64,000 nt of DNA. It comes from Podarcis erhardii. Lineage: Eukaryota. The stretch lies in NCBI GenBank assembly GCA_964252035.1, contig OZ176202.1; one strand, written 5' to 3'. Within the stretch, counting starts at the first letter, position 1; each line of letters opens with the position of its first letter. Both the position numbers and the translations under genes were made by a program. The notes beneath the pieces are model-generated. The model did no database searches and had not been told where the DNA came from. It was given only the letters and a program-made list of their open reading frames with translations. Shown here one piece after another: positions 11,871 to 24,667 of this stretch.

Positions 11871-13784
11871 CTGTTAGCTGCTGCTTGACATTAGAAAGAG
11901 AGAGCAATTTGTTCATTTCATTGTCTACAAATTACACTGTGTTGGGATATTTCAACACACACAGCCATAAAAATCCTGTTGATACTGTCAGGTTCTCATC
12001 TGGTTATGCATCTATCAGCCTGCCCTTTAACAAGCCACATTGCAACAACATCTGAGAGCCAGGCTTAAAGCTCCTCTTGGTCCCAGAGCCATGGGACACT
12101 GCATTCACCTCTCTGTCTCTCACACAAACTGAATGCACACACACGTAAACACACTTTAGCTGTAATTCAGTGCTTTAAAAATTGGAAGCAGTTTGTGTAA
12201 ATGTCCCTGATTCCTGGCAGTGCCACAAGTCAGCTGTGATCTCCAAGTATAATAAGTGCCTTGCTTCAGATTCCTCCTCTCTGCTGTGTGTGAAGTTTGT
12301 CTGCAGCTCGTTAAAATGCTAAAGGCTCTATCCAGAGTCCAGATGTGCTTTCAAATGGAGGAACAACTGGATGTAGTAGGGAATCTTTCCTGTCTTTAGC
12401 AGTTTCCATTTCACAACCAAACACATCACTATAAAATTACTATGGCCTTCAGCAATTGTTTTCCCAAGGACATAATGACCAGCAACTACTAAAGTTCATG
12501 GCATTTAAGAAACAAAACATCAGCGCTTGGCATCCAGCAATCTGAAAATTAGCATTCTGTAAAGGTACACTCTGAGACCAGCATATTTATGTGAAATCCC
12601 TAACTGTAGAAAATACAGTAAGAATGGCTGGACCACAGGTTAGGGAAAGAGTCTTTAGGTGAAGAGGAGTTTGTTGCTGAAAAGCAGTAGGCAGGAGGAG
12701 GGTGCTTAACCCTTTCCCACACTCTGCTTTCTTCTTCTAATCCTCTGACTCCATCTGCAGCTGTTTCCCCCTATGTTTGATGCAGCAAACATACATTTGA
12801 AAGCATAAGTCCATCAGATAGCTCTGACTTCCATTCCAGGGTTGGTGAAATTTCTTTTTTCTTGAGGTTGTCACAGTGGCTCTATGTCAAAGCAGTGGAG
12901 TTGGCAACTACCGTATGTAGTGACGGCATAAAGACTTTCTTCCTAAAATGCTCTGTTGCTTCAATGAAATGAAATCCACTCCATCCCTTGAACTTTGACT
13001 AGCTTTCACTTAGTACGTCTGTTCCTTGGGAAATTTAGCACAATAATCCTTTGGAACTATGCTTTCCCTTTAAAAAAACAACAACATTCCTCATTGCAAT
13101 TGAAAGAGAAGCATTTAGTGAGATGAAAGGCCTGTGAAGATTGCAGTCCCACCATAGCAGGAGCCGTGAAATTCCGACAGATGTGCCACAACTTGTTCTG
13201 CATAAAGTACAATTGTGAAAATGCATTAAATGAACAATGTTCAATGTATAACTATGAAATGGAACTGGCTTTGGGGGTAGGCATTGTTGGGCACCTGCCA
13301 GGATGCACAACCCTGCAAGGGGCCCACTGGCAATGCTTGGAAACCCATCACTATGCTGACCTGGAGGTAGCAAGCCCTAATTCTTCATTCGTGTTCACCA
13401 AACTCAGCAGGTTCTTAAAGATTTCAGTGGATTCTTAATGCATTAGATTTCACTGTACATGTAGAGTGGTTTCTGCCCGTACCTGTAGAATGGTACAATA
13501 CCATTAACTCTCCACATTCATACAGAAGGCCTTTGCACAAGTCCAGCAAGGTGTTTAGCATTGCGGAAGTTTCTACAACCAGGAAAGTAGTGCACCAGTT
13601 TTTAGCCCATTCCCATGCACTTTGCTGTGGGTGGAGTGGGAAATTTGCTATCAACTTTCACCTGTGGCTGTACAGGTGATATTGCTGGACTATAACACTC
13701 ATCCTGACCATTGGCCATGCTGGCTGGAGATTATGGAACTTCAACAGATTTGCATCCTATATGTTACAGAGTTTAATTTAATGA

Positions 13785-14035
13785 CTTGGTATCCAATATC
13801 TGAAGGAACATGTCTGCCTGTACTATTTTACCTGGATGATAACACCTGCTGGGAAGACCCTTCTTGTTTGTTTGCTCACTGGATGAAATCCATTATTCAG
13901 TCACTCAGCAGAGGAGACATTTCAGTGGAGGCACTCTGGATTTTGAATACTTTCCCCCTCAAATACAATCGACACTAACTCTGTTCAGCTTTAGACGCCA
14001 GTTAAAAGCCTACCTTTTCATCCAGGACTTTGGTA
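13785..14035 (+). mobile_element. L2 LINE ORF2 3' end remnant
   Basis: Peptide remnant FPPQIQSTLTLFSFRRQLKAYLFIQDF matches the L2 C-terminal pattern (LWN.LP...FRR.LKT.LF). Confidence 0.7.
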
Positions 14036-14409
14036 GGAAGCATTCATGAGGGGTTGAGGTTAGTAGCAGCGTATTGTTACAAGTCCAGATTATATAGCAA
14101 ACTTATGTTTGCTATATAAGGGTTGTTAGTGCATGTTGTGGTTATTACTGTAATGTGCCCTGGGGTCTCTGTGTGATACAAGCAAACACACATATTAAAT
14201 AACACCTTGGGGTCCCCAATCCCTTCTATACACATACAGCTGTACATACATAGGCACCTCTTTCTGACACTATGGATGAGGCAGACTGGGGATGAGGCAA
14301 ATTTCCCCCTCAATGCATTGGGTATATATGCATGGGGCAGCATCCCAGGAGCCCTCATGTGTCACTTGTTACAATAGAATACACAGTCACACAATGCCAA
14401 GACCTTTTA

Positions 14410-14498
14410 GGCTGCAATCCTTTACATATGTATTTGGAAGTAAGTTCCATGGAATAAAAAGAGATTTGCCTCCAAGTAAACATGCACAGGATTGCGCC
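14410..14498. mobile_element. ~90-bp hairpin MITE
   Basis: Inverted ends GGCTGCAATCCT and AGGATTGCGCC, with internal near-symmetry (ttggaagtaa / ctccaagtaaacatgc). Confidence 0.65.
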
Positions 14499-15052
14499 AC
14501 TACTCACAAGTAATTTGTCCCCGTGTTTTGGCAGGAGATAGGAGCAACTCTGTTCTCCACCCCAGCCTTATTAGGAAGTCGACTTGGGGTCAAGGTCAAA
14601 GAGCTTTAGAACTCTCTCTGTTCTCACAGGGTTCAAAAGCTTTAGTCTTTGGATTAGTCAGGTGACAGCTTGAACTGCCTGACTTTCAAACCCATTTGCC
14701 TGAACTGAATGGTCCTTCCTTATGAATTTACAAATTATACAAGTTCTCACACACTTGTGCCTTTGGGTAGTGTGACATAACTTCTCTGGCTCTCTTTTAA
14801 ATTGGTTGGCTTTATATCATTCCATTATTAGTTGTCATGAGAATTTTGAAGAAAATGACAGGCTATAAAACCAGAAACTGAGCAATTTATGACTAAGGTT
14901 GTAAGAATCTTACTTTCGGGAATATGCAGCTTGCCTCGGAGAAAACATGTATAGGACTGGGCTGTGTGTCAACAAATGTTCAAATTATTTTGCAGTACGA
15001 GTGAATGCAGGAGTTGCACACATCTGCTGAGCAAAGAAAATTGAAGTATACG

Positions 15053-15276
15053 NNNNNNNNNNNNNNNNNNNNNNNNNNNNNNNNNNNNNNNNNNNNNNNN
15101 NNNNNNNNNNNNNNNNNNNNNNNNNNNNNNNNNNNNNNNNNNNNNNNNNNNNNNNNNNNNNNNNNNNNNNNNNNNNNNNNNNNNNNNNNNNNNNNNNNNN
15201 NNNNNNNNNNNNNNNNNNNNNNNNNNNNNNNNNNNNNNNNNNNNNNNNNNNNNNNNNNNNNNNNNNNNNNNNNNNN
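15053..15276. other. Assembly gap (224 N)
   Basis: Run of N. Confidence 1.
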
Positions 15277-17765
15277 TTGTTTGGAAGCAGATGCTGGTAT
15301 AACCACTGTTGCCTCCCTAAGCTGACCTTTGAGTCTCAAAGTGGTGGCTCCACATTCCCCCCCCCCCCTCTTCTCAAAATGAATTCTTCCCTGCCTATTT
15401 TAAAGCTAATGTGTGCTGGAAAACTTGCTTATAGCTCTAACTAGCTTTGTAATAGATCAGCATGTTAGCTTCTCCAGATCCCATAAAGCTAAGATGCCTG
15501 TGATTGAATTAGGAGCTTAACTATACTTCACTCTCGGACCCTAAAGCCCCACTCCATTTCAAAGAATAGCCAATGCCAGCTGATCAAGCTAATTCTGATC
15601 TGCTCTTCTACAAAAGAGATGGGAAAATATAGTACATGTAGTTATGTACTTCTAAAATATGGATGCTAAGAGAAAATACATCTGTTTTTTGTTTTATTGC
15701 AATATTTCATCTGGGGCAAGCTTACAGAACATTCCAAACCCTGGCAAGGCAGTGATGGGGTATGACAGAACAGCGCCACCGCAGTCCCATCACGCACACT
15801 GAGCAGTGAGTTATGGGACAGGCATATTGCTGTACCAACCTCTGTCTAGCAGAGCCAGGGTGAGGAACGTGCTCCAGCCTGAGGGCCACGTTTCCTTCTG
15901 AATAGCCTCCTGGGCCAGAACCAGATAAAGAGACCTGGAAGGTGACATGTGGACCCTGGACCTAGGGATCTCTATCAGAGGTAGAGAAAGCCCTTATTTT
16001 GCCTTTGAAGTGATGGTTTTGGTACAGAAGCACTATAGAGCAGCATGGAATAGGCAGGTACCAGAATACACTCTGTTTCCTGTGTCTTTCACAGGAAAAT
16101 AAGGAGCAGAAAGTTTCACATAAAAGAAGGAGGATTTTCATTTTAAAAACAAAAATAAAAAAGGTGAAGCAATAGACTAAGAATTTTGGTTGAAATTTTT
16201 TAACTGTTGGGATCTTCCACATTTGTTAACTTTGCCAAATAGTTCAAAAAGTTGGATTCAGTAGGAGCTTCTTTTCCTGGCTTTAAGGTCTTCAGCTTCT
16301 CCCTCAACTATTTGGACCAGGGTAGATGAGAAACGCTGGCATTCATGGAGATCCTCTATTTAAACATACTTTAAAGCTAAAAACGTGCATATGATAATGT
16401 TTCATAGCTGAATAGTAGAAGATCAGGTTTCTCCTGCTGAATTATTTTTTCCTGGATTCCCCCCCCCCCTCCGCCATGGAGAGTGAAAGCTATTGAAGGC
16501 ATTCAAACAGCACTAGCAAACACCCCAGCTGATGATCTGGCTCTGGAGGAATACTAAAAGGTTAATGGTTTAGGGGGAAATTGCTCCAGGCTTAGCATTA
16601 ATTGACTTTTAGCTGGTCTCAGATCATCTATGATCAGATCAGAAGCCAGGCTGCATCAGTTTCATTTCCTTTCTGTCCTTTCCAATTTCTTCCTGAACCT
16701 CTTTTGCTATTACCAAACTTGCAGACAGACAGATGGGGCATCTCCAGGGGGGGAGAAAAGACAAGAAACCTCAGTGAGATCTCAAAGTCCCAGAAGTGAT
16801 GGCTTAAACCTGACTCCTAGCACAGATGGCAAGGGATGGGGGCAGGCGATCTGATTTCTTAACTGGGGTTTCTTTGGAACCTTAATGGACAGCAGGTAGT
16901 ACAGCTTATTGTATAGTTTTCTTCTCCTTCAGACACTTTGCTTCCAACAGACTATGATGCTCCAACTAAACCATTTAGGAAAGGCCTGAAACAGACAAGT
17001 AGCTCTTTGTCTGTGGCTCTGTGTGAAGAATCCTAGCCTTGTTATTAGTATATTGATATTGATGGCAGGAAAGCCACCACTCTGTGGAAGGATCCATTGG
17101 CTTAGTAGCAATTAGCATCATTTATGAAGGAACAACTCACTGGGAACAACTTGCAGGTGCAGGATTCTTATTCTAGTGGCCTTTCACTCCTGGAGAACAT
17201 ATTGATCACAAGGTTAGGAAGCAGTCAGGAGGTTCATGCCTGCTCAACTTCCTTAACCATTATCAGGTAGCTTAGCTATTCATGGTGACTCCTGATTCCA
17301 AGAAAAGACATCAACAACAGGAAGTGTGTTGCATTCAGGATGCTTGTTTTCATCACACACGTGTTTATTCCCTTTTGTTTCAGGATAGAAGCATCAAGGC
17401 AAAAATCAAGCTCGTAATGTTATCTGTGAAAGAAAAGAGAATGAAGACATACATAGTAACAGATGCTGAATGGACTGAGTGTCGGCCAATGCCATCCTTA
17501 TATAACACACTTTCTGAGAATGCGGTGCTTCCAGATATTGTTTTTTTTCAGGAGCAAATGTGATCCTGGGGCCTATTTGAGTTTGAATGGGTGCTGATTA
17601 GCAGTTGTCACAAAGTCAGACCGTGCAGTGCTAGAGATATTTCAAATGGCACACAGAGCGGGCAGGTGTTTCCTTGTAACAGTGAGTAGATCTGATGAAG
17701 AGCCTGACAGCTGTTTTAGTGGGAGGAAAGCTGAGTCTGAGAAATACAACCAGACCAAAACACAG

Positions 17766-17767
17766 GA

Positions 17768-17814
<47 letters not shown>
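17766..17814. repeat. (GAAA)n microsatellite
   Basis: About 12 units, directly visible. Confidence 0.95.
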
Positions 17815-17815
<1 letters not shown>

Positions 17816-18008
17816 GGAGGGGGGAAGCCCCGAAAGACTTAAATATTAATTTGCCTAATAATCAAATGATAGGGTGCTGGTGATAAATCCATTTCACAGA
17901 ACACTGTCATGAGAGCTGTGGAAATGTTGATAAGTCTTCCTGCAATTACAGAACATTATTCTGCATTAGAAGAAGAAGAAATTTAGACCTAAACTTATTA
18001 GCAACCTT

Positions 18009-18155
18009 CAGTGCTTTTTTTCTGGAGGTACGTAGGGGTACGCATGCCCCTAAATATTTTGTGAATCTAAGTTTGGCCTCATTGATGGGCAGTATTTCAA
18101 TATGAGTAGGAAAACGAGAATATTCCTAAACATTTTTTAAAGAAAAAAAGCACTG
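18009..18155. mobile_element. hAT-superfamily MITE (147 bp)
   Basis: Perfect 15-bp TIR CAGTGCTTTTTTTCT / AGAAAAAAAGCACTG and perfect 8-bp TSD GCAACCTT (18001-18008, 18156-18163). Confidence 0.92.
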
Positions 18156-18929
18156 GCAACCTTAGCAATTAGTTTGGTTTGGAGTTAAGAGATCTCCACC
18201 CCTGATGTCATATGATATCTGTTGAATGACTTGTCTGCATGGTCTTCCCAATATAGCCTCATGGGCCATATTCAGAGGCCTGGCAGGCCTAATTAGGCCC
18301 ATGGGCTGGCGGTTTCCCACTGCTGTTACCGACTGCCTAGCCCAACCTCCTCGCTCAATCTATATTAAGAATTTCAATAAAAAGCTACATGTGCTTTTCT
18401 TACCATTGCCAGAGTGAAAAACGATGCTGTGCAATGAAGATAATGAAAAAGGAAGGTGAAGAGGAAAGCATTTCAGCCTAGCATTTGTTTGCTCTAGTAA
18501 GTGAAAGAGAAGGTGTGGTGTGGGAGCAATTGCAGGTAGACTTCCATCCACAATGGCAAAGCTGTTATAAAGTCACAGGTAGGGTCTCTGATCTGCAGCC
18601 TAGTAATCCTACCGTTGGACCCAGTACAGCAGCACAAAATCTGATAAGTCTTTTGTAAAGACGTTATGCCTACACTGAGTAGGGCAAAAGCTGGATTGCC
18701 GCTATTAAAATGCAAACACTATATAAAGGTTAAAGCTCACTCATGATGAAACTAATTATATTCCAATAGTATTGCTCCAGAATCTTTGGATTACAACCAG
18801 TGAACAATAACCTGAATATTTTCACTAGTTCTCTTCTGCAATATCGAATTTCTTTTATTCTCAGGAAATATATTAGTTTTAAAAAACCTTTTAAATTCAT
18901 AAGGCGTTCACAGAGGAACAAAAACTTGT

Positions 18930-19180
18930 TGTGGAATTACAGTTCAAAGGAAGCAGAGGGGAGCTGAATGAGACTGAAAATCCTGTAATTTTATCAACGC
19001 GCGAATGAAAGCACCACTTTTTGTGTGTGTGGATTTAATCACTTCAAAGAATGAAAGTCGAAAACAAGTTCTTGATAGGAAACTTGAAACAATTCAATGC
19101 CGGCCATTGTGGGCAGGCATTCCATTGGCTCAATGAACACAATTGCCTAGACATGCTAGAAGTGCTACGTGACTAACTTC
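18930..19180. promoter_or_regulatory. Candidate enhancer (TCF/SOX/TEAD/NF-Y motif cluster)
   Basis: TTCAAAG 18943-18949 and 19043-19049, CATTGT 19105-19110, GCATTCCA 19117-19124, reverse CCAAT 19124-19128, TGACTAA 19170-19176. Retains CGCGCG. No repeat recognised. Confidence 0.35.
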
Positions 19181-20480
19181 AGCATCTGTGTGTGATGATG
19201 GGAACTATGTATGTACACCTGAGAGTTTAGAACTCAAAAGTTCACAATCATCACAAGCATTAACTGGGGACTGCTTCTTCAGCATTGGCAATGATCACTG
19301 GACAATTCCAATTCTAAGCTAGTTCTTTTCCAACTGAGTTGATCCAGATATCCCAAAAATTAATGACATTTTTCCTCTTGTTTATTTCAAAAATTGACTT
19401 TTCAATTAGAAGCTATCCCTTTTTAGCATTTTAAACATTAAAATGTTCTATTTGTTAAGGTACGTGCCCTGTCTTAAAACCCCTACAAGCTGGCACAGCT
19501 TCCCTTTAGGTTATTAAAGAGGTCTGATTTTGAGCAAGCTTTAATTGCAACACCTGAAGATATCAGTTTAACTCCTTTTGGTGTTCTGCTTTTCACATCG
19601 GAAGAGAAAAGGAAACCTAAACCCGACAGATATTCTTCCTAATCCAGCTGGTTTAAGATTGTGAAAAAGACCATTGTATTAAAGTTGTATAGGCCACACC
19701 CCAAAAAGATTTTGGAAGGGTGTCACAGGTTATTCACAATTTACAGAGGAGTTCCAGTGTAGCTCCTTTGAGTTCACACTGTAGTATTTATATCTTATTT
19801 GTAATTCAGTTTTATCACCTTTAACCATTTCTTCCCCATGACCAAATGAGTTCATGAACATTATTCACCATCCAGAACCTGCATCCTTAAATATAAAACC
19901 TTTTTCCTGACATCCTGCAGACCATAGCTCTTTGCATTTGTTATATGTTAAAAGTAAGAGTCTAGCCATAATGGTTTTCAAGCAGCTTCTGTATTGCTAC
20001 CTTTCCATGCTGAGTATAGGGCTAGCAATCATCACAGCTACTCTCCAAGATCCTTTCTGACATGTTGTGACTCTGCATACTAAATTTAGTCACTCTGTGA
20101 TATTAATGATCTTCTGCAGCAAAGTGGAGAGACAATATAATTTTTTATTATTGCTTCCTTTGTTGTTGCGTAACTGACTTGAACGGGGACATTTTGGAGC
20201 AAATTTTGAGGGGTTCTGCAAGGTGCATGGGGAAAGAATGCTTGGGGAATTCCAATTATGTGTGTTGAAGTTCATTTGTGTGACATTACTTTTCTCCCTT
20301 TCCATTTTTTCTACAAATGTTCAAGTTCTCATTTTGAGGGGTATTTTGTTTAAAGAAATGTAAAGTGTTTATTTTGTTGATTAAGCTAAGGCAATAATGT
20401 TACATATCAGCTTGTTAAATTCTGTGCATTTAACATCTCTTTTGCACCTAAGAATGGCATTTATTATTGGAAAAGTTGGT

Positions 20481-20520
<40 letters not shown>

Positions 20521-20788
20521 GTTGCTTAGTCGTGTCCGACTCTTCGTGACCCCATGGACCAGAGCACGCCAGGCGCCTCTGTCCTCCACTGCCTCCCGCA
20601 GTTTGGTCAAACTCATGCTGGTAACCTTGAAAACACTATCCAACCATCTCGTCCTCTGTCGCCCCCTTCTCCTTGTGCCCTCCATCTTTCCCAACATCAG
20701 GGTCTTTTCCAGAGAGTCTTCTCTTCTCATGAGGTGGCCAAAGTACTGGAGCCTCAGCTTCACGATCTGTCCTTCCAGTGAGCACTCA
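20481..20788 (-). mobile_element. Bov-B LINE 3' end (5'-truncated) with long (AAC)n tail
   Basis: 12-bp TSD GGAAAAGTTGGT (20469-20480, 20789-20800). Minus ORF KLRLQYFGHLMRREDSLEKTLMLGK... Clearly similar to 1640-1920. Confidence 0.95.
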
Positions 20789-20989
20789 GGAAAAGTTGGT
20801 ATGGTTGTTCAAATCTTGAAATCAGGTGTCTCAAATTTTATTCAAGCAAATTGAAACTTGGAAAATACGCCGAAGAATCCTAATGTTCATTTCAGATCCC
20901 CATGCTGCTGTAATGTCAATTATCATGAAGATGTTAATATTTTAGATACAGTAGCACAATCAAGCATCTTGTGCTGGAACACTTTATAG

Positions 20990-21792
20990 CAGTGGTTTTA
21001 AACCAGTGTGCCGTGGCAACCTGGGGTGCCTTGAACGATGGTCTGGGGTGCTGCAGGCAACACTTGCCTCTGTCCCTCTTTCCTTCCCTACCTGTTCTGA
21101 TGCATCTCTGCCTCCCAAAGACTTGAACAGCTTTTTGTTGCAGCAGCCGTGGCTACAAGCTCTGCAGGTGAAATGTGCCTCTGGAGCTGGCCAGAGAGTT
21201 TTGGTTGCCAGGAGCTGAGGTGGCCTTGGAGCAATCAGGCGAGGGAGCCCAGCCAGCCAGTCCACCAGCCCTTGCTGTTGGGAATGGACAGACAAGTGGG
21301 AGGCTGGGCAGGCAAGGTGCTGTGCTGGCCTTTCTTGTGCTTGCTTTGTCCAAGGCTTGCTTGAGAGCTGAGTGCCTGGTGCTGAAGGGGAGCCATTCCA
21401 CCATGCAGGCCTGGTGGCACATGCTGCCACCACTGCTGCCTCCCAAGGTGAGTAAGATGGTAGCCAGATGCTCACCTTTGGCCAGTCTCGGTTGAGTCAC
21501 TAAGACTGGGGGCATCCTCTTCCCAGGCCCCTAGGGAGCAGCGTGAGGAGGCATCTCTCTTTTGGGCAAGGGGGACAGCTCAGAGACCAGGGGCAGCAGC
21601 AGCGGCTACCTGGAGGACTCCCAAGGAGAGGGGAGAGGAGAGGAGGCTGAGGAAACACTCCCCAAGGGAGGGTGTTCAAAAAGGGGTGAGAGCTGCCAGC
21701 TTTGCAGGCAAGGGGTGACAACTGGGCTCCTGAGTCCCACAGGGGCGCTGCAGAAAGAATGTAGTTGGACTCAAAAAGGTTGAAAACCTCTG
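20990..21792. mobile_element. Non-autonomous hAT (Charlie-like) DNA transposon, 803 bp
   Basis: TIR CAGTGGTTTTAAACC versus reverse complement CAGAGGTTTTCAACC (13/15). Perfect 8-bp TSD CTTTATAG (20982-20989, 21793-21800). GC-rich interior with no transposase. Confidence 0.9.
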
Positions 21793-22037
21793 CTTTATAG
21801 CATGGGCATGCAAGTTTCCTTCTAGCAGAAATGGGGAAGGGAAGGGTTTTGCCCTTTCAGCAATTGCTGGAGATATTTTAAACTGTCACTATGCTGACAA
21901 TTTCCCCCTTCTGCAATGTCATCTGCTTCAGGACTGATTTTTTAAAACCCCAACTAATCTGGTGAGGCAAGCCTAGAAATTGTGTGTTTCAATTTGAAGG
22001 TCAGAAATTGAAAACCTCTTTGTTTCCACTTTTTCTA

Positions 22038-22143
22038 GTTGTTGTTGTTTAGTCGTTTAGTCATGTCCAATTCTTCGTGACCCCATGGACCAGAGCATGC
22101 CAGGCACTCCTGTCTTCCACTGCCTCGCGCAGTTTGGTCAAAC
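22038..22143 (-). mobile_element. Short Bov-B 3' terminal fragment
   Basis: gttgttgttgtttagtcgtttagtcatgtcc...gcagtttggtcaaac is the antisense of the Bov-B tail seen at 1815-1920. Confidence 0.9.
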
Positions 22144-22410
22144 TTTTCCTTAGGATGTGCCTATTTTCACTGGAGAAATGTTGGAGGGTATGGAGTTATC
22201 CTACCCCTGAGCCATCTGAAGGCAATCCTGTATAGGGAAGGGTTTGTGGTTTTTTTTACAAAATGTTCAATGTTTTATTATGTTTTTATATATGTTGGAT
22301 GCTGCCCAGAGTGGTTGGGCAACCCAGTAAGATGTGTGGGGTATAAATAGTAAAATTATCATTATGGAATGGGACGTCCCTATTTTCATCGGAGAACTGT
22401 TGGACGGTAT
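22143..22410 (-). mobile_element. Composite repeat: two direct copies of a ~33-bp motif flanking an L2-type 3' tail
   Basis: cctattttcactggagaaatgttggagggtatg (~22157) and cctattttcatcggagaactgttggacggtatg (~22378) bracket ...gctgcccagagtggttgggcaacccag...ggggtataaatagtaaa. Confidence 0.55.
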
Positions 22411-22879
22411 GCCACCCTTCATCACAAGAACTCAGTGCAGTACACAGAATAAATTTAGAAGTAGCTGCTTAGTAATCCAGGTACAGACTAATGGCAACTA
22501 AATTGTTTACTGCTTTATCATTCTTTTCTTTGCTTGGAGGTTTTTTTTAACCACAAGTTTGAAAGTTTATGATGTGAGCCATGCCTTGACAGTCATTTGA
22601 TGCAATAATGTAATATGAATGTTGTGCAGAGCAACCCTACCCATTTTGTAAGCCTCACTCCCAGTTCAGATAGCATGTCGATAATATTGCTGCCTTAACT
22701 TATAAATAAATCTAGAGTAGTACATTCCGTATGTATAAGAGCTATCTCACCCAATCTACTTTATGGTACTTTAGAAAAGAAGTGATTACCAGTAGATATT
22801 TCTTAGTATTAGGTACATCCAATATAAACCAAAGATAATGTACAAGCTTAAAATCTGCACAAAATAGAACCCAAATGTA

Positions 22880-23069
22880 ATGAATATAGCAGGTGGGTGA
22901 ATGGGTGGCTACGAACACCATTTTGTGGGATTCACAGTTGGGGAGAGTGTTGTTGTGCACAGGTCCTGCTTTGAGGCTTCCGTAGGCGTCTGTGTGGCCA
23001 GTGTAAGAACAGTTTACTGGATAAGATGGGCCACTGAGCTGATCCCTCAGGCTCTTCTTATGTTCTTAT
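22880..23069 (+). mobile_element. CR1 LINE 3' UTR
   Basis: Ends gatgggccactgagctgatccctcaggctcttcttatgttcttat, the CR1 terminal hairpin and (TTCTTAT) repeat. Confidence 0.75.
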
Positions 23070-24269
23070 GAATGGATGTTGGGGAATCCCTTTGCAAAGT
23101 CTCAGCTGTTTGGTACATGATTTGTGAATGAAAACAGCACAATCAAACTGAATGGCAGGCTGCCCACACAGGATTGGTCTGGGTTCCAGTTTCAGCTGTG
23201 CAAAAGTACCCTCGGTTACAAATTAAGCATTACACAACTGTAACTACGAGGCACAGGTTTCCCACAGATATTGCTATTATGTTGTACTACTCTTGCTAAT
23301 TTTAGTCTCACATTGTAATTCCTATTATTCTAAAATCATAGCCTACTCTTTCAGGCTACTTAAAGAGAACATTTACTCTACAGTGTGTACTTTTAGAATT
23401 TCTAATGCCTGCTGCGATGCACATGAAATTGCAGGGACTCGTTTTCCTCTCCGTTCTGCATATTATGTTATTGTAAGTAGTAAAGTGAATGGGTTTGGAG
23501 ACAGCTAGAAAAAGTAAACATACACAAAGCTAAGCTACTACAGACATGCTGGCTTTATATGGTTCGAAATGCGTCCCATGATTTTATCCTGCTCCATCTA
23601 TAGTTTCCCTTCATACATGAGAATAGCAAGATAATAGTTATGGCAAGGAAACGTGTGTGGTTGATGAGGTGATATGTGAGAAACAAAGATCAACATCAGA
23701 GATTGCTTTTGATGCATTCAACATTACTTCCATTGGTATTTTGGTTGTCACACGGTCAACCATGTGGCAGAATAATCCCATGGATAAGAAAAGAATGTGA
23801 AGCTTCTGGACAGACTTCCTTTCTGGGCAAAGTATTAGCCACAGAATACTTTTAGAGTTTATTTGCAAACTTCAACTGGATAATTTACAGAAGGGTGACT
23901 TTGGGGATGGGCCATATCATGGGCCTGCTATTGCAACAGCTGTTACTGCCAGTGTAGTGCAGACAGGATCCTACTCACCCAAGAACAAAAGTTCACATAA
24001 AACAACACCATTTTAAACAATACACATAACCACACTAACAGATTTTCCAATTGGACACATGGCAATACCACCAACAACAATCTCAGGATGTGGTTTGAAG
24101 GCACATGAGATTTTTTGCACTTCTGCAAAACCTTGACAATCCCCAGAACTTGCTAATAACCCTCCCCCTTGTGTGTGGATGGAGTCGTTTTGACTAAATA
24201 ATGATCCACAAGTTATTTGAAAGATCACATGTACCCATACCAAGCTGCTCACACATTAAGATCAACAAT

Positions 24270-24667
24270 GCCCTTGCCATTTGCCCACCACCAAAATCAA
24301 TGAGGTGTGAGGAAGAGGGCTTTTCTGTGGTTGTCCCCACAGCTCTGGAACTCACATCCAACTGACCTCTGTAATGTCACTGCACTTCAGATTTTCCAAA
24401 TGGCCTTGCAAACCTTCATGCTCTCAGTGACTTTCTCATGACTGATGTTCCATCGTATGATTGTGTTCCTTTTTGCTGACCCATTTGTTTAAAATGGTTT
24501 GTTTCTATGATAGTTATATTCTTACTATTGTTTGTTTTATTAATGTTGTGATTATATTGGAAGAACTGCATTTTTTTTGGTATTATGTAAGTTGTTATTT
24601 TAATTGTGTGTAAACCACCTTGAGAAACTTCTGCACAAAAAGGCAGCCAATATATAAATAAATAAAT
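24270..24667 (+). mobile_element. L2 LINE 3' end
   Basis: agggcttttctgtggttgtccccacagctctggaactc (RAFSVV.P.LWN) followed by the tail tgtaaaccaccttgag...tataaataaataaat. Confidence 0.7.

Noticed and set aside
14980-15339. ORFs of 106-119 aa
   Set aside because: They are open only because they run through the N gap.
16471-16496. Perfect Kozak CCGCCATGG
   Set aside because: The frame closes after 6 codons (MESESY*) and there is no promoter context.
20984-21783. Cluster of overlapping ORFs up to 163 aa
   Set aside because: All lie in the GC-rich interior of the non-autonomous hAT element and show no transposase motifs.
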